A stretch of DNA of 64,000 nucleotides, from NCBI RefSeq assembly GCF_001194135.2, contig NC_068983.1, positions 73,719,095 to 73,783,094 on the forward strand. The letters are read 5' to 3'. The position numbers and the translations under genes are program-made. Shown one piece after another: positions 61,390-64,000 of the stretch; the first letter of the stretch is position 1; each line of letters opens with the position of its first letter. The notes under the pieces are model-generated. The model saw only the letters and a list, made by a program, of their open reading frames with translations, ran no database searches and was not told the origin of the DNA. The stretch is from Octopus bimaculoides. Lineage: Eukaryota.

Positions 61390-61600
61390 GAAATTTATTT
61401 CAGCCTAATTTTGAGGAAAGGGGTAAGTCAATCACATCAACTCTAGTACCTGACTGGCACTTATTTTACTGATCTTGAAAGGATAACAGGCAAAGTTGTT
61501 GATCTCGGTGGAATTTGAACCTGGAATGTAAATTCAGACAAAATGCCACTATGTATTTTGTTTGATGTGCTAATGATTTTGCCAGCTTGCTGCCTTCATG
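61390..61600 (-). mobile_element. Old family-B SINE
   Basis: GAAAGGATAACAGGCAAAG..CTCGGTGGAATTTGAACC..TGCCAGCTTGCTGCCTT. Confidence 0.7.
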
Positions 61601-62698
61601 ATAACTAGATTGATAATAAAGGCATTATAGCCTCTTGTCATTGAAGCTCAAATTCAAACTGGTTGTAGCCACAAAGATAATTTTATTACTAGGATACTTA
61701 TAATAAAACAGCGATACCATTTCAGTTTAAGTGCTTACAATTTCCAGTGAAATTATGTTTTACTCTAGTTCTATAGCATTCAAATTACATTGTCGAATGT
61801 AATAAGCATTACATTCGACAATGTAATGTTCAACGTAATGCTTATTAATTAGTGATTCACATTGTTTTGAATAAATCATGCATTATCTCATAGTTTTGTG
61901 ATTTCAATGATTATTTGTTTATTATTAAAATAACATAGTAGGGCAAGTGTGGAAGGCCAAATCTGACCACCAATTTTAATATTAAAACAAGTAGAGTATT
62001 TGGGCCAGATGTGGTTGGTTTATATGTTAAAAGGTCAGAGTTGGAATGGCTAACAATCTTTGTAGCTACTCCCCATAGAGAAACCATGCAGTGTAGTATA
62101 CGAAGAAGTATTACAATTTCAAATGAATTTCTGTTTGAATGTTTGTTGGTTTCTCCCTTCCTAAATTTGGTTTAGTTACTGAATAATGTGCTGAAAAGTA
62201 TTATGAGATTTCAATTTTGCTGATCTACTTTTTCACCTGTGCAGTGTGCGGTTACTCAGCATTCACATGCACATACATGCATGTATGTATGTATGTATGT
62301 ATGTATGTATGTTTGTATGCATGCATACGTGCATGTCGTTATTTAGTCTTATTTCCAACCTAGATCCAAAGCTGCTTCACTGGAATTTCAACATCAACAG
62401 GGTCTTTTTGTATGTATGTATGTGGTGTGTGTATGGGTGTGTGTATGTGTGTGCATGTATTTTCATGCATATAGCTGCATGTGTGTGTATGTATGTATGT
62501 ATGTAATGTTTATATGTATGTATGCATATAAATTTATATATATATATATATATATGTAGAAGTTTGAAAAGGAACACACGAGTTGATATGTATGGAAAAA
62601 AAGGTTAAAGTAGAAAATGCTAAGATAATTTTATAAAAAACATTTCAGTACCGGTTTTAACATTTTCTATTTTGACCTTTTTTTTCCATATATATATG

Positions 62699-62751
<53 letters not shown>

Positions 62752-62934
62752 CAAAGGATATATAAGCATGTATACACACATATATGTACATACTTACATC
62801 TACATGTGTATATAGATACATATTCCGGTACAGGACGTTAGAAAAATGAACTACAGACAACGGAACGAACACATAGGAAAACAAATAGCCACTTGGAATT
62901 ATTCCTTCATCAGCTGCCTCTATTCTAAACTAGG

Positions 62935-63141
62935 TGTTTCGAGCGTGGCCGTTTTCGTGCGGGTGACACGTAAAAGCACCCACTACACTCTCTGAGTGGT
63001 TGGCATTAGGAAGGGCATCCAGCTGTAGAAACTCTGCCAAATTAGAATGTAGCCATCCGGTTTCACCAGTCCTCAGTCAAATCGTCCAACCCATGCTAGC
63101 ATGGAAAGCGGACGTTAAACGATGATGATGATGATGATGAT
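62935..63141 (+). mobile_element. 5'-truncated family-D repeat
   Basis: TTTCGAGCGTGGCCG..CACGTAAAAGCACCC..GCGGACGTTAAAC(GAT)n. Confidence 0.85.
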
Positions 63142-63184
63142 ATATATATATATATATATATAAATAATTAAGGGTACTAACAGG

Positions 63185-63385
63185 CAGTATTAGCATGCTG
63201 ACATAGCAGTCAAATTGACCAAACCACAAGTTTTCACTTAAACACAAAGGTGAAAGCGGGCAAATGAATAAAAAATCCTAAGACGCCACTCCCTACCAAT
63301 GACGAAAATAATTGAAAATTGAAAAGTCAAACATACAAACTTGTGGTTTGGTCATTTTGACTGTTGTGTCAGCATGCTGGTACTG
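63185..63385. mobile_element. Small foldback with 49-bp inverted arms
   Basis: CAGTATTAGCATGCTGACATAGCAGTCAAATTGACCAAACCACAAGTTT versus its near reverse complement at 63337-63385. Confidence 0.7.
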
Positions 63386-63808
63386 CATGGTACTGCATGT
63401 TACTACCCTCAAGTTTGAGAATATTTTATTCAGTCTTGGAAGAATGCATTAATTATTTCAGCCTGGCTGTGTTTGTAGACAGTTGAAAAAAATACTTTTA
63501 ACAACAAAAAAATAAATTAAATGATAGCATTGTAGTTATGGGTGGGCCCCCTTAGTCAATATTTTTATACCCAGTCCACCAATAAAAACTACATGACTTG
63601 TGGTTTTTATCACAATATATTTACTCTTAATTGATTGAGTGCTATACTATTTGTTGAAGCCTTACCACAAACTACTCATATATATAATACACACACATAT
63701 ATATATATATATATATATGGGAGAATATACAAATAATAACAACAGACGAGGACAGGTGGTGTAAATAACAAAAGTATATATTAGTATGACGCTCGGGAAT
63801 ATGGAAAG

Positions 63809-63845
63809 TCTTTGACGTTTCGAGCTACACTCTTCAACAGAAAGA
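63809..63845 (-). ncRNA. Minimal type I hammerhead-like motif with variant core CUGUUGA
   Basis: UCUUU CUGUUGA A GAGU gua GCUC GAA ACGU C/AAAGA, within a PLE-terminal-like fragment (63718-64000) ending in (TA)n. Confidence 0.6.
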
Positions 63846-64000
63846 ATACGGAGACAAGGAGAAAAACACGGAGAAAAAAAATTGAATAGTGTTCAGTCAA
63901 CGGTCAATCGTAATAATGGCCGATCATAACAATGGCTGACCGGAAGTTAGAAATTCTTATTTCAGGAGAGCTAAGAAAGGGGGAGATAACAAACGGTGAT

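Noticed and set aside
62895-62945. Minus-strand CTGATGA-A-GGAATAATTCC hairpin as a hammerhead
   Set aside because: A helix II-like hairpin is present but is followed by AAGT, not GAAA; the permuted fold lacks helix I.

Overview
AT-rich, repeat-saturated animal genomic DNA with no confidently identifiable host protein-coding exon. I recognise the SINE families as octopus/cephalopod type; this is recognition from memory, not a search result. About 7 kb is N in 15 assembly gaps. The long ORFs in the track come from N-runs or microsatellites. Content: (i) dozens of tRNA-headed SINE copies built from four heads and several interchangeable bodies/tails; (ii) decayed Penelope-like element (PLE) RT and GIY-YIG fragments of two types at 18.7-19.0 and 28.3-33.3 kb; (iii) R4/Dong-type RLE-LINE fragments abutting (TAA)n arrays, plus one CRE-type RLE fragment; (iv) DD37D and DD34D Tc1/mariner relics, a CGGBP1-like hAT transposase relic and several MITEs; (v) abundant microsatellites. 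The main discovery candidate is a set of non-coding elements carrying type I hammerhead ribozyme (HHR) motifs. These are a 382-bp monomer in a tandem plus inverted, retrozyme-like arrangement (15119-16065), a tRNA-headed SINE-like element with a minimal HHR (21775-22080), a family with a variant CUGUYGA core (32.5 and 63.8 kb) and degenerate relatives. There is also a sharp CpG-poor / CpG-rich / CpG-poor domain structure with switches near 27 kb and 55 kb. All folds, translations and counts were done by eye and need computational confirmation.
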